This document shows, one piece after another, positions 12,276-20,963 of a stretch of DNA of 64,000 bases. The DNA is from an uncultured Chloroflexia bacterium. Its GTDB lineage: Bacteria; Chloroflexota; Limnocylindria; Limnocylindrales; CSP1-4. The stretch covers positions 64,001-128,000 of the forward strand of contig CAVVYR010000001.1 in the NCBI GenBank assembly GCA_963752475.1, read 5' to 3'. Both the position numbers and the translations under genes were made by a program. Under the pieces are notes generated by a model. That model saw only the letters and a list, made by a program, of their open reading frames with translations, was not told the DNA's origin and searched no databases. Each line of letters begins with the position of its first letter. Within the stretch, counting starts at the first letter, position 1.

Positions 12276-14302
12276 TAGAGGACCCGCAGCTCCACGTCCT
12301 CGGTCAGGTCGGTCTCGTAGCGCAGTCGGTCGCCGTCGACGGTCATGCCCTCGGTGGACTCGACGACGGTCGCACCGTCGGGCAGGTCGATGCGCACCGA
12401 TAGCGGCACTGCGCGCGCGCCGGGCTGCTTCTGGACCACCAGGCTGTACTCCCAGCCGTCATCGGTCTCGACGGCCACCTCAGGCACGGACCAGAAGTAG
12501 CTCAGGCTGGACTCACCCGGCTCCATCAGCAGGTTGTTGGCGAAGGCCGTCCGGCCGGCCTCGTCCGTGATGCGATCCGCGTCAAAGACCTCGCTGGAGG
12601 CGGTCTCGCCGCTGGCCGTGACCAGCTCGCTGCCCTCTGGCACGAGCGTGCGGATGTAGCCGCCGTACCAGCCGATCTCGCTCTCGGAGAACGAGCGGAT
12701 AGCCTCGAACTCCTCACCCTCCCTGAGGGCGTCGTTCTGCCAGTCGAGACGCACGCTGTTGACGGCGTTGCCCTCCGAATCGAGCTTCACCACCAGCGAA
12801 TCGGAGCGGTCGATGACGAGGTTGTACTTCGACGTCGGGGCCACGTTCGACTCGACCACGTAGAGGTAGTCACCCGGATCGGTCCGGACCTCGCCCGCCC
12901 AGCCGTTCTCGAGCACCAGCTCCTGGGCCTCGGGGTCGGCCAGCCAGACGAGGGCCTGGCGCTCCGCGCCGATGTCCTCGAGCGCCTCGATCATCGCGCC
13001 CCACTGGTCCGGCGGCAGCGACAGCAAGCGCTGCATCAGCGTACGCGCCAGGGCATCGAGCACGTCCTTGCGGCCCTCCAGATCCCCGGGTGCGCCACGG
13101 GTCGCACCGAGCAGCGTGAGCGTCACGTCGCCCGGTTCAACGGTCACGTCGTAGGCCGGCACCTCGACCGCCCCCACCACCTCCAGCAGCCGGTCGATGG
13201 CATAGGTGGTGATGGCGATGACGCCGTCGACCTCGGTGCCGTCGGCTTCGATGGCGTAGAACTCGGCTGACTTCTCCGCGCCGGTGGGGAAGTCAGGCGA
13301 CCAGGCCGCATCGGCCAGGCGCCAGGACTGCGGATTGCCCTCGGCATCGGCCGCCAGCAGGATCTCGGTCAGCTCCTCGGGCGGCTCGACGAAGGGCAGG
13401 TCCTTCTGCAGGTCCAGGTCGTAGACGTTGATGAACTCCTGGCTCGTCAAGCTGCCGTCCTCGACGGTGATCAGACCGACCGTGCCGGCGTAGCCACCCG
13501 CAGGACGCAGCTCGGCAGGGTTCTGAGCCAGGACGAGGTACCGCTTCTGTCCGCCCCAGCCCATGAGCTCGGGCGCGATGTCGTCGATCTCGCGGTACTG
13601 CTCGAGCAGCGGCAGGTAGGTGTCCAGCGGCTCGGCCACCAGGTCACGCGCCTCGAGGATCTGCTCGGCCGCGTCGTCGGGGATGGCCGCGAGGTCCTGT
13701 TGGGCGTCGGCGATGAGCTGGTCGATGCGATCGACATCGGCGGACGACGTGGCGATGAACTCGACAAGACCGGCGGTCAGCTCGAAGTCTGGATCGGCCT
13801 CGTTCTGCTCGCGCAGGGTGACGACCTCATCGACGAGACCGAGGCCGATGTCTCCGACCTCGACGAGCGACTCCGCGGCGGCCACGAGCGAAGTCGCCGC
13901 GTCGTACTGCGCCGCGACTGCGCCCACGCTGCCGACGAGCTTGACGAGCGGATCGTCGATGGCCTCGGAGATGGGCTCAAGGTGGCCCGCGAGCACGGCG
14001 AACTCGGCGCTGAGCTCGTCGAGCGTGGCCCGCTCGAGATTCGCCGGCTCCAGCCCTTCCACGTCGTCCGAGAGCCGCTGCGCTGAAGCACGCAGCTCCC
14101 GAACGTCGTCCTGCAGCGGCAGGTAGCGACCGGCGGTCGCGACCACGAGCGCCACCACGATAGCCACGATGAAGGCCAGGAAGACGGCCACCATGAGGCG
14201 ACCGACCCTGGGCTCAGCATCCTCCGTAGGCGCTACCGGAGGCGGTGGAGCCGGAGGTGGCGGTGCTGCTGGTGGCGGTGGTGGCGGGTAGTAGTCCGTC
14301 AC
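12254..14302 (-). CDS. DUF4012 domain membrane-anchored protein
   Basis: Pro-rich N-terminus, one TM helix, helical region, then YLVLAQNPAELRPAGG, DAAWSPDFPT, VDGVIAI, QKQPG. Confidence 0.85.
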   Translation of the reverse strand: MTDYYPPPPPPAAPPPPAPPPPVAPTEDAEPRVGRLMVAVFLAFIVAIVVALVVATAGRYLPLQDDVRELRASAQRLSDDVEGLEPANLERATLDELSAEFAVLAGHLEPISEAIDDPLVKLVGSVGAVAAQYDAATSLVAAAESLVEVGDIGLGLVDEVVTLREQNEADPDFELTAGLVEFIATSSADVDRIDQLIADAQQDLAAIPDDAAEQILEARDLVAEPLDTYLPLLEQYREIDDIAPELMGWGGQKRYLVLAQNPAELRPAGGYAGTVGLITVEDGSLTSQEFINVYDLDLQKDLPFVEPPEELTEILLAADAEGNPQSWRLADAAWSPDFPTGAEKSAEFYAIEADGTEVDGVIAITTYAIDRLLEVVGAVEVPAYDVTVEPGDVTLTLLGATRGAPGDLEGRKDVLDALARTLMQRLLSLPPDQWGAMIEALEDIGAERQALVWLADPEAQELVLENGWAGEVRTDPGDYLYVVESNVAPTSKYNLVIDRSDSLVVKLDSEGNAVNSVRLDWQNDALREGEEFEAIRSFSESEIGWYGGYIRTLVPEGSELVTASGETASSEVFDADRITDEAGRTAFANNLLMEPGESSLSYFWSVPEVAVETDDGWEYSLVVQKQPGARAVPLSVRIDLPDGATVVESTEGMTVDGDRLRYETDLTEDVELRVLYQLPEDG

Positions 14303-14309
14303 CCGAGGC

Positions 14310-15209
14310 TCACGCCGATGGGATGCGCTCCGCGATCACCACGAAGCGCGGGGAGGTCTCCGCGTAGTCCAGGCACGTCTGCAACGTGAGGATCTCGCGA
14401 TCGGTGCCATCGAGATACTCGAAGGCGTCGTATTCGACGAGGGGGTGGATCTCCGAGACCTCGTACTCGGCGATGCTGCCGTCAGCCATATCGACCTCGA
14501 CGAGGTCGCCGGTGCGGACGTTCCAGAGCTCGAGCAGAACACCCTCGCGGGCATGCCCGTAGACATAGGTGTTGGAACCTTCCCCGGGCCAGGCCGTGTC
14601 CGGGAAGTGTGCGACGGCATCGTCAGGCGCATCCCAGCCATTGCCCTCGACGATCGGCAGGTCGATGCCCAGCCGGCGCATGCGCAAGTGTGTCGCCGGC
14701 GGAGCCAGCAGCATGTCGGCTGCGGGCGGCGGCTCGATCGGGCTCTCGCGGAACGCGCTCGGCGCTTGCTCCACGTAGCCTTCCGGTGGCAGGATCGAGG
14801 TCTTGGCCAGGCCGCCTTGGCAACGGATGTTGATGACCGGTGTGGAGTTGGGGAGGCGGACGGAGACGCGACGCTGTCCGGCCTTGTTCCCGAAGTGGAA
14901 GATGGAAGCGACGTAGCCGTTTCCCTTCTGGCTCCTGCGCTTGGACGCCAGGAACTTGTCGCCTGGATGCTGCCTCTCGACAAGGAGGAACTTGACCGGC
15001 TGGCCGGCGACGGGCCGCCCGGTCTTCACATCCTTGACGTAGGCCTCGATCTTCAGGTTCTGATCGCATCGGACCACGCGTGGGGTCTGGATGAAGACAC
15101 GCGTGGTCGGCTGTCCGATGTAGCCAAGCGCCGGCAGCGCCGCGGTGATGACCAGGGCGCTGCTGATGAGCAGGCTGAACAGGAACGTGGGGTACTTCAG
15201 GCGGCGCAT
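14310..15209 (-). CDS. Sortase with N-terminal basic Ig-like passenger domain
   Basis: LGIDLPIVEG, PGEGSNTYVYGHA (His), TLQTC (Cys), RFVVIA (Arg); signal-peptide-like N-terminus. Confidence 0.85.
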   Translation of the reverse strand: MRRLKYPTFLFSLLISSALVITAALPALGYIGQPTTRVFIQTPRVVRCDQNLKIEAYVKDVKTGRPVAGQPVKFLLVERQHPGDKFLASKRRSQKGNGYVASIFHFGNKAGQRRVSVRLPNSTPVINIRCQGGLAKTSILPPEGYVEQAPSAFRESPIEPPPAADMLLAPPATHLRMRRLGIDLPIVEGNGWDAPDDAVAHFPDTAWPGEGSNTYVYGHAREGVLLELWNVRTGDLVEVDMADGSIAEYEVSEIHPLVEYDAFEYLDGTDREILTLQTCLDYAETSPRFVVIAERIPSA

Positions 15210-16694
15210 CTACTCGGTCTCCTCCGCGTCGGCCACGCTGGCACTCGCAGTGTCGGTCGCCGGCGCGCTGGGGATCCCCCACCACGTCCGGGCTCGTTCG
15301 AGGGCATCGCCGACGATCAACCCTTCCAGGTCCTCGGCTTCCTCCCCTGTCGCTTCGGTGATGTAGTCGGTGAACTCCGTCCAGCCGCTCGCGGGGTCGT
15401 AGGCCCCGAAGCCGCCGTCGAAGGGCGCGAAGGCCTCCGCCTCGCCATCCTCCTGGAAGTCCTTCATGGCTCGCATGTAGGCAGTCAGGAACGAGGTGAC
15501 GGTGGAGCCCTCGGTCTCGAGGAAGTCATCCGACACAGCGAGGACGTCACCGCCGAACTCGCCGTCCGTGCCGTAGTTGCGGTGGGCCGCGATGACCGCC
15601 AGGGGCAGGCCCTGGGCGAAGCCGTCAGCGGCGTCGGCCGCATCGATGGCAGCGATGTCGATGTCACCCTGGAGCAGGCCCAGCAGCGGCTCCTCGACCG
15701 CCTTGAGGTTCACCTCATCGAGGCCGGCGGACTCGAAGTACTCCTCCCGCAGCGCGGTCTGCACGGGGCCACCGGCGAGTGCCTTCGGCGGCGAGGCCAC
15801 CGTGATCGCGCTGGAGGCCGGTCGGCCGGCGAGGTCGCTGGTGGGGTTGAGCTTGGTGCTGGTCGAGGCCTGAGCCACGTTGAGCGTGTGCTCGGAGACG
15901 AAGGCCTCGATATCCGGGAACTCGTCGAGCTCAGCGAAGGCGTAGGCCGAGAGCTCGCCCCAGCCGCCATCATCCTTGCGGCGACCGAAGCCGCCGTCGA
16001 GCGGCTTGAAGGCGTCGGCGTCATCGGCCTTCTTGCTGAACTTGCGCAGGCCACGGAGGTACGACTTGGTGAAGGCGCTGACGGTCGAGGGCTCGGCGGC
16101 TACGAGGCCGGGAGCTGCCATCAGCAGAGAGCCGCCGAAGGCACCGTCCTCGCCGGCGTAGTTCTCGTACCCGGCCACTGCCTGGAGCGAGGGGTCGTCG
16201 GCGAAGGCCTCGAGGGCCTCGATGGTGTCGACGACCGCGAAGTCAGCCTCGCCAGACTGCAGAGCGTCGAGCGGCGAGTCGACAGCGACGAGCTCGACCG
16301 AGTCGAAGCCGGCGTCCTCGAAGAAGTCGTTGGAGATAGCCCGCTGCAGCGGAGCGGGTCGGTCGTCGCTGCCCAGCGCCACGATGAGCTCGCTGGTGAG
16401 GGGAGCGAGGGCCGCTTTGGCCGGTGCCGCCTGCACGAGCGTGATGGGCTCGGGCGTGGGCTCGGGCGTGGCCGCGGGCCTGGCGATGTTCGAGCCGGTG
16501 TCCTTCTTCGTATCGCTATTCTTCTTCTTGTTGTTGTTCTTCTTGGTGTTGCCGCCAGTCTTGGGCGTCTTCGGCGCTGGTGTGTCGTACGTCGGCGAGG
16601 CGCTCTCGTCGGCCACACCCGGATCGATGGCCGCGGCGACCGGGATGGGCACCACGAGGGCAGCCGCGAGCGCGACAGCCGCGAAGGGACGCAT
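15210..16694 (-). CDS. Secreted protein with two tandem NMT1/SsuA-like substrate-binding half-domains
   Basis: Signal peptide; two similar repeats FE.AG.D.V.L.AV..PL..L..G..D.A..D ... NY..DG.FGG..L ... STV..F...Y.R ... PFDGGFG....GW. Confidence 0.65.
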   Translation of the reverse strand: MRPFAAVALAAALVVPIPVAAAIDPGVADESASPTYDTPAPKTPKTGGNTKKNNNKKKNSDTKKDTGSNIARPAATPEPTPEPITLVQAAPAKAALAPLTSELIVALGSDDRPAPLQRAISNDFFEDAGFDSVELVAVDSPLDALQSGEADFAVVDTIEALEAFADDPSLQAVAGYENYAGEDGAFGGSLLMAAPGLVAAEPSTVSAFTKSYLRGLRKFSKKADDADAFKPLDGGFGRRKDDGGWGELSAYAFAELDEFPDIEAFVSEHTLNVAQASTSTKLNPTSDLAGRPASSAITVASPPKALAGGPVQTALREEYFESAGLDEVNLKAVEEPLLGLLQGDIDIAAIDAADAADGFAQGLPLAVIAAHRNYGTDGEFGGDVLAVSDDFLETEGSTVTSFLTAYMRAMKDFQEDGEAEAFAPFDGGFGAYDPASGWTEFTDYITEATGEEAEDLEGLIVGDALERARTWWGIPSAPATDTASASVADAEETE

Positions 16695-16699
16695 GCGCC

Positions 16700-18097
16700 T
16701 CAATGCCCGGGCCGCCGGATAAGCGCCGGGATGGTGCGCAGCACGATCTCCAGATCCAGCCAGAACGACCAGCGGTCGATGTAGGCCAGATCGAGCTCGG
16801 CGCGCTGATCGAAGTCTTCGTCCAGCCGGGAGCTCACCTGCCAGAGGCCGGTGATGCCCGGCTTCATCGAAAGACGGCGCTTGTGCCATATGTCGTACTC
16901 CTGGACTTCACGGGGCGGTGCAGGTCTGGGGCCCACGATGCTCATCTCCCCCCGCACGACGTTCACGAACTGGGGCAGTTCATCGAGACTATAGCGGCGC
17001 ATCAAACGACCCGCCGGTGTGACCCTTGGGTCGTCGATGAGCTTGAACGCCGCGCCTGAGGTATCGGACAGCGCCTCGACCTCCCCGAAGCGCTCCTCAG
17101 CGTCGGCATACATCGTGCGGAACTTGAAGATGGTGAAGGGCCGGCCGTGGAGGCCGATGCGCGTCTGGCGGAAGATGACGCCGGGGCCCTGACTCGCTCG
17201 CAGCGCCACCCACAGGATCGCCAGAAGCGGAGACAGCAGCACCAGCGCGGCGATCGACGCGCCCAGGTCGAAGACACGCTTGGCGACGTGGCCGACGAGC
17301 TCATCGGGGCCGCTGGCATACGAGATGACCGCGGTGCCATCCAGCTCCTCGAGCGAGCGGTCGGCCGAGAGCAGCCGCGGCACCACCACCGGCACGCGGA
17401 TGAGCTTGCCCTGCTCGTGCGCCATCTGCGCGAGCGGCTCGACGGACTTCCACTGGTCCTCGCCGACGCAGATGGCGACCTCGTCCACGACGCGATCGGA
17501 CAGGACGGCAGGCAGGTCGATGAGCTGGCCCCAATACATGCCCGAGGGCACGCCCTGCGGAGGCTCGTCACCGAGGTAGCCCGCGACCTGGACTCCGAGG
17601 ACGCTGTGCTCATGGATCACCTGCGCGAAGTCCGTGGCCTCGTGTCCGGTGCCGAGGATGAGCACGCTGCGCACGTTGTAGCCACGGCGCCGCACGAACA
17701 TGAACGACGAACGCACGATCGCGCGGAGGATCACCGCCAGCACACCCTGGAGCGGGAAGAGCAACAACACCCAGCCCGAGTCGGCGCGATCGGTGGCCGC
17801 CATCAGGAGCGTGGCCGTACCGAGCACGGCCAGCCAGACCGTGGCGCGTACGACGGTGCGGGTCTCACCCGCCAGCGTCCAGTGCGCACGCAACCGATAG
17901 GCACCGTTCACATAGAGCAGCGCGACCCAGGCGATGCCGTAGACCACAGCCCGTGCCCAGAAGGTGTCGAGGAATGGGTCGAGAGGAGTTTCCGGGTGGG
18001 CAAAGGCTCGATAGACCGACAGACTCAGCGCGATGGCGAGGACACCGTCGGCCAGCATCAGGACGGCGCGAAGCGCACCCCCGTGTCGGCGGATCAT
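16700..18097 (-). CDS. Priming polyprenyl-phosphate glycosylphosphotransferase (WcaJ/WbaP family)
   Basis: Four N-terminal TMs, CoA-binding-like domain, KRVFD, FKFRTM, DPRVT, SLDELPQF, MSIVGPRP, KPGITGLWQV. Confidence 0.93.
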   Translation of the reverse strand: MIRRHGGALRAVLMLADGVLAIALSLSVYRAFAHPETPLDPFLDTFWARAVVYGIAWVALLYVNGAYRLRAHWTLAGETRTVVRATVWLAVLGTATLLMAATDRADSGWVLLLFPLQGVLAVILRAIVRSSFMFVRRRGYNVRSVLILGTGHEATDFAQVIHEHSVLGVQVAGYLGDEPPQGVPSGMYWGQLIDLPAVLSDRVVDEVAICVGEDQWKSVEPLAQMAHEQGKLIRVPVVVPRLLSADRSLEELDGTAVISYASGPDELVGHVAKRVFDLGASIAALVLLSPLLAILWVALRASQGPGVIFRQTRIGLHGRPFTIFKFRTMYADAEERFGEVEALSDTSGAAFKLIDDPRVTPAGRLMRRYSLDELPQFVNVVRGEMSIVGPRPAPPREVQEYDIWHKRRLSMKPGITGLWQVSSRLDEDFDQRAELDLAYIDRWSFWLDLEIVLRTIPALIRRPGH

Positions 18098-18301
18098 CGG
18101 CGTCTCCTACGCATGGCTCGGATCGTATTCAGCATCGTGGCCCCCAGACGGACACTCCACGACGAGACGTGCCCTGCGTGCGCGAGACTACCACTCGCGC
18201 CCAAGAGCGCGATAGTGCGCTTGTCGCGTTTGGTGCCGATTGCGCAGTGGCGTGCTAGGTTGTGCGCGTCGTCGCCGGTCAGCGACCGCAAGGGGTGGGG
18301 C

Positions 18302-18330
18302 TAGACATACGACAAGTTGTCGTATAGCAT
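18302..18330 (+). promoter_or_regulatory. Putative sigma70 promoter TAGACA-N17-TAGCAT containing the palindrome ATACGACAA-G-TTGTCGTAT
   Basis: Perfect 9-bp inverted repeat at 18307-18325 in the divergent intergenic region between the priming transferase and GH26 genes. Confidence 0.5.
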
Positions 18331-18399
18331 GCGGGACGTCCGGGACGATGGGATGCCGAACCAGGCGCCGTGACCATCGCCAACTCAGGGAGGAATGCC

Positions 18400-19428
18400 T
18401 TGCGCCGTTCAATCACGATCATCTCGCTCCTGGTGGCGATAGCGGTCTTGTTCACTGCCATGCCCGCCACAGCTCGGAGCAAGATCGCGCTGGGTATCTC
18501 GAACCCCAACGCAGACTACGTCGGTGTGGTCGAGAACCACAAGGCTCGATACGGTGTCTACCCAGCCATGTTCTCGCTCTGGAGCAGCTGGGGCAGCCGG
18601 GGCCAGGGCACGAACAAGCCCGCTCCGGTCGCTGGTGCGGCGTGCACCCCGGACAAGGGCACCTGCTACTTCCCTCGTGAAGCGGTCGACTACCTGATGG
18701 ACCGGAACATCACGCCGATCGTCTGGTGGCAGTTCACCAACCCCGAGTTCCCGAGCCAGGGGGCGTTCAGCCGCTACAGGATCATCACCAACGGCACGCA
18801 TGACGCCTACATCCGCAAGTGGGCCGCGGAGCTCAAGGCCGCGTCCAAGCGTCACAAGGGCCGCCCCATCGGTGTCCGCCCCTTCCACGAGGCCACCGGT
18901 ACCTGGTTCCCGTGGTCCATCGGCCGCTTCGACAACACCGTGCAGAAGTACAAGGCGGCATGGCGTCATCTGCACACGCAGTTCCAGAAGGTCGGTGCCC
19001 GCAAGCACGCACGCTTCATCTGGAGCAACTACACGCCGCGCAAGGGCTCGTACCCCGGCGACAAGGTCATCAACTACGTCGGCTTCACGGTGCTGAACTT
19101 CGGCTCGCAGAAGAAGTGGCGCTCGATGACCTCGATCGTCAACAACTTCGTGAAGCGGACCAAGCAGTTCAGCAAGCGGCCCATCCTTATCACCGAGGTC
19201 GCCTCCCATTTCAGGGGCGGCAATAAGGCCAAGTGGCTCAAGGGCGGCTATCTGAAGGCCTACAACAAGCACCCCCGGATCAAGGGCATCCTCTATCTCG
19301 ACACCAACGTCCCGCAGAGGGGACAGCGGCACCCCGACTGGCGGTTGGTCCAGCCCAAGAACGGCTCCGCGGTGAACGCCTATCGGCAGCTCGTGAACAA
19401 CCCCAGGTTCAAGGGCAAGCTGCGGTAG
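18400..19428 (+). CDS. Secreted GH26-family glycoside hydrolase-like protein, paralog 1 (K/R-rich)
   Basis: Signal peptide; NGTHDAYIRKWA, RPFHEATGTWFPWS (acid/base Glu), YPGD, ITEVAS (nucleophile Glu); RBS GGAGG. Confidence 0.82.
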   Translation: MRRSITIISLLVAIAVLFTAMPATARSKIALGISNPNADYVGVVENHKARYGVYPAMFSLWSSWGSRGQGTNKPAPVAGAACTPDKGTCYFPREAVDYLMDRNITPIVWWQFTNPEFPSQGAFSRYRIITNGTHDAYIRKWAAELKAASKRHKGRPIGVRPFHEATGTWFPWSIGRFDNTVQKYKAAWRHLHTQFQKVGARKHARFIWSNYTPRKGSYPGDKVINYVGFTVLNFGSQKKWRSMTSIVNNFVKRTKQFSKRPILITEVASHFRGGNKAKWLKGGYLKAYNKHPRIKGILYLDTNVPQRGQRHPDWRLVQPKNGSAVNAYRQLVNNPRFKGKLR

Positions 19429-19455
19429 GTCACGATTCCTTCGACCGAACGAAGC

Positions 19456-19490
19456 GAAATGGCCCGGGTACTCCCCGGGCCATTTCTCTA
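19456..19490 (+). terminator. Intrinsic terminator-like hairpin
   Basis: GAAATGGCCCGGG-TACTC-CCCGGGCCATTTC, a 13-bp perfect stem just after the GH26 stop. Confidence 0.7.
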
Positions 19491-19505
19491 TGAGAGCATC
19501 AAGCC

Positions 19506-20093
19506 ATGAGAATGTCGGCCCAACAGACCTCGATCCCCGAGGTCGTGCTCGTCAAGCACGACGCCTTCCAGGACGACCGCGGCTTCCTGATGGAGGCCTT
19601 CCACGCCGGTGACTTCGCGAAATACGAGCACCTGGGCCTGCCCAGCACGTTCGTGCAGATCAACCACAGCCGCAGCCGTGATGGCGTCACCCGAGGCCTC
19701 CACTTCCAATGGCAGCCACCGATGGGCAAATACATGCGCGTGGCCCGTGGCAGGGCCTTCCTGGTGGCCGTGGACATCCGGCCCGGCTCCCCCACCCTCG
19801 GCCGGTACGTCTCGTGTGTGGCCGATGACGAGAACCACCTCGCGATGTGGGCGCCGGCCTGCTTCGCACGCGGCTTCGCCACACTCTCGGACGTCGTCGA
19901 CATCGAGTACCTCGTGACCGGCAACTACAACGGCGCGGCAGAGTCAGGCATCGCCTGGAATGACCCGGACGTGGGCATCGAATGGCCCCTGGCCAAGCCC
20001 GTCACTTCCGAGCGCGACAGCAGCGCCCAGTCGCTGGCCGAGTGGCTGGCGAAGCCGGAGGCCCAGCACTTCCGCTACGAGGATTGGAGTTAA
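19506..20093 (+). CDS. rmlC: dTDP-4-dehydrorhamnose 3,5-epimerase
   Basis: DDRGFLME, QINHSRS, RGLHFQ, VDIRPGSPT, GIAWNDPDVGIEWP. Confidence 0.92.
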   Translation: MRMSAQQTSIPEVVLVKHDAFQDDRGFLMEAFHAGDFAKYEHLGLPSTFVQINHSRSRDGVTRGLHFQWQPPMGKYMRVARGRAFLVAVDIRPGSPTLGRYVSCVADDENHLAMWAPACFARGFATLSDVVDIEYLVTGNYNGAAESGIAWNDPDVGIEWPLAKPVTSERDSSAQSLAEWLAKPEAQHFRYEDWS

Positions 20094-20099
20094 CCCGTC

Positions 20100-20963
20100 G
20101 TGATCGACCCGACCCTCCCCGGGATCTTCATCAGTGGCGACAAGGGCCGTCTGGGCCGAGCGCTGCGCACGGCCGCGCCAGGACCGATCGACGGCTGGGA
20201 CATGCCCGAGCTGGATCTCGACGATCCCTCGACCTGCGCCGCGCTGGTCCGCGAGAGGCAGCCGCGGTTGGTGATCCACACCGCCGCCATGACCGCGGTC
20301 GACCAGGCCGCGCTCGAGCCCGACGTCGCGCTACGTCGCAACGGCCAAGCCGTGGGCGCCCTGGCCGGGGCCTGTCGAGAGATCGAGGCTGGCCTGCTGC
20401 TGGTCTCCACCAACGAGGTCTTCAGCGGCGACCGCACCGACGGTCGTCCCTACCTCGAGGATGATGAGACCGGTCCCATCAACTCCTACGGCGCCAGCAA
20501 GCACGCCGGCGAACTGGCGGCGCTCGAGGCGTTCGATGGTGCCGATGGGCTCTGGATCGCCCGCACCGCCTGGCTCTTCGGGCCACCGGGCAACGACTTC
20601 CCGGACAAGATCACCGCGGCTGCCGACAAGGTCGAAGGCCCGCTTCCGGTCGTCACCGATGAGGTCGGCTGTCCCACCTACGCACCCGACCTCGCGCGCG
20701 CCATCTTCGAGCTCGTGGAGCGCACCGACGGTGGCGTCTTCCACCTCGTGAACTCCGGCTATGCCTCACGCTACGACTGGGCCCAGGCCGTGCTCGCCAT
20801 CCGCCGACCCGGGCGGCAGATGCGCCCCATCGGCAGGGGCGAGTTCGAGCGCAGCTCCGAGCCCCCGCCGTGGGGGGTGCTGGACACCTCGAAGGCGGCC
20901 GCGGCCGGCGTCGAGCTGCGGCCGTGGCAGGACGCCCTGGAGGAGTACCTCCGTGAAGCGTAG
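20100..20963 (+). CDS. rmlD: dTDP-4-dehydrorhamnose reductase
   Basis: HTAAMTAVD, STNEVF, P.NSYGASK, RTAWLFG, GCPTY. Confidence 0.9.
   Translation: MIDPTLPGIFISGDKGRLGRALRTAAPGPIDGWDMPELDLDDPSTCAALVRERQPRLVIHTAAMTAVDQAALEPDVALRRNGQAVGALAGACREIEAGLLLVSTNEVFSGDRTDGRPYLEDDETGPINSYGASKHAGELAALEAFDGADGLWIARTAWLFGPPGNDFPDKITAAADKVEGPLPVVTDEVGCPTYAPDLARAIFELVERTDGGVFHLVNSGYASRYDWAQAVLAIRRPGRQMRPIGRGEFERSSEPPPWGVLDTSKAAAAGVELRPWQDALEEYLREA

Noticed and set aside
14445-16784. 779-aa plus-strand ORF and other long antisense ORFs (e.g. 58926-60674, 38463-39758, 43140-44525)
   Set aside because: Shadow ORFs of well-supported opposite-strand genes, expected at high GC; no recognisable motifs
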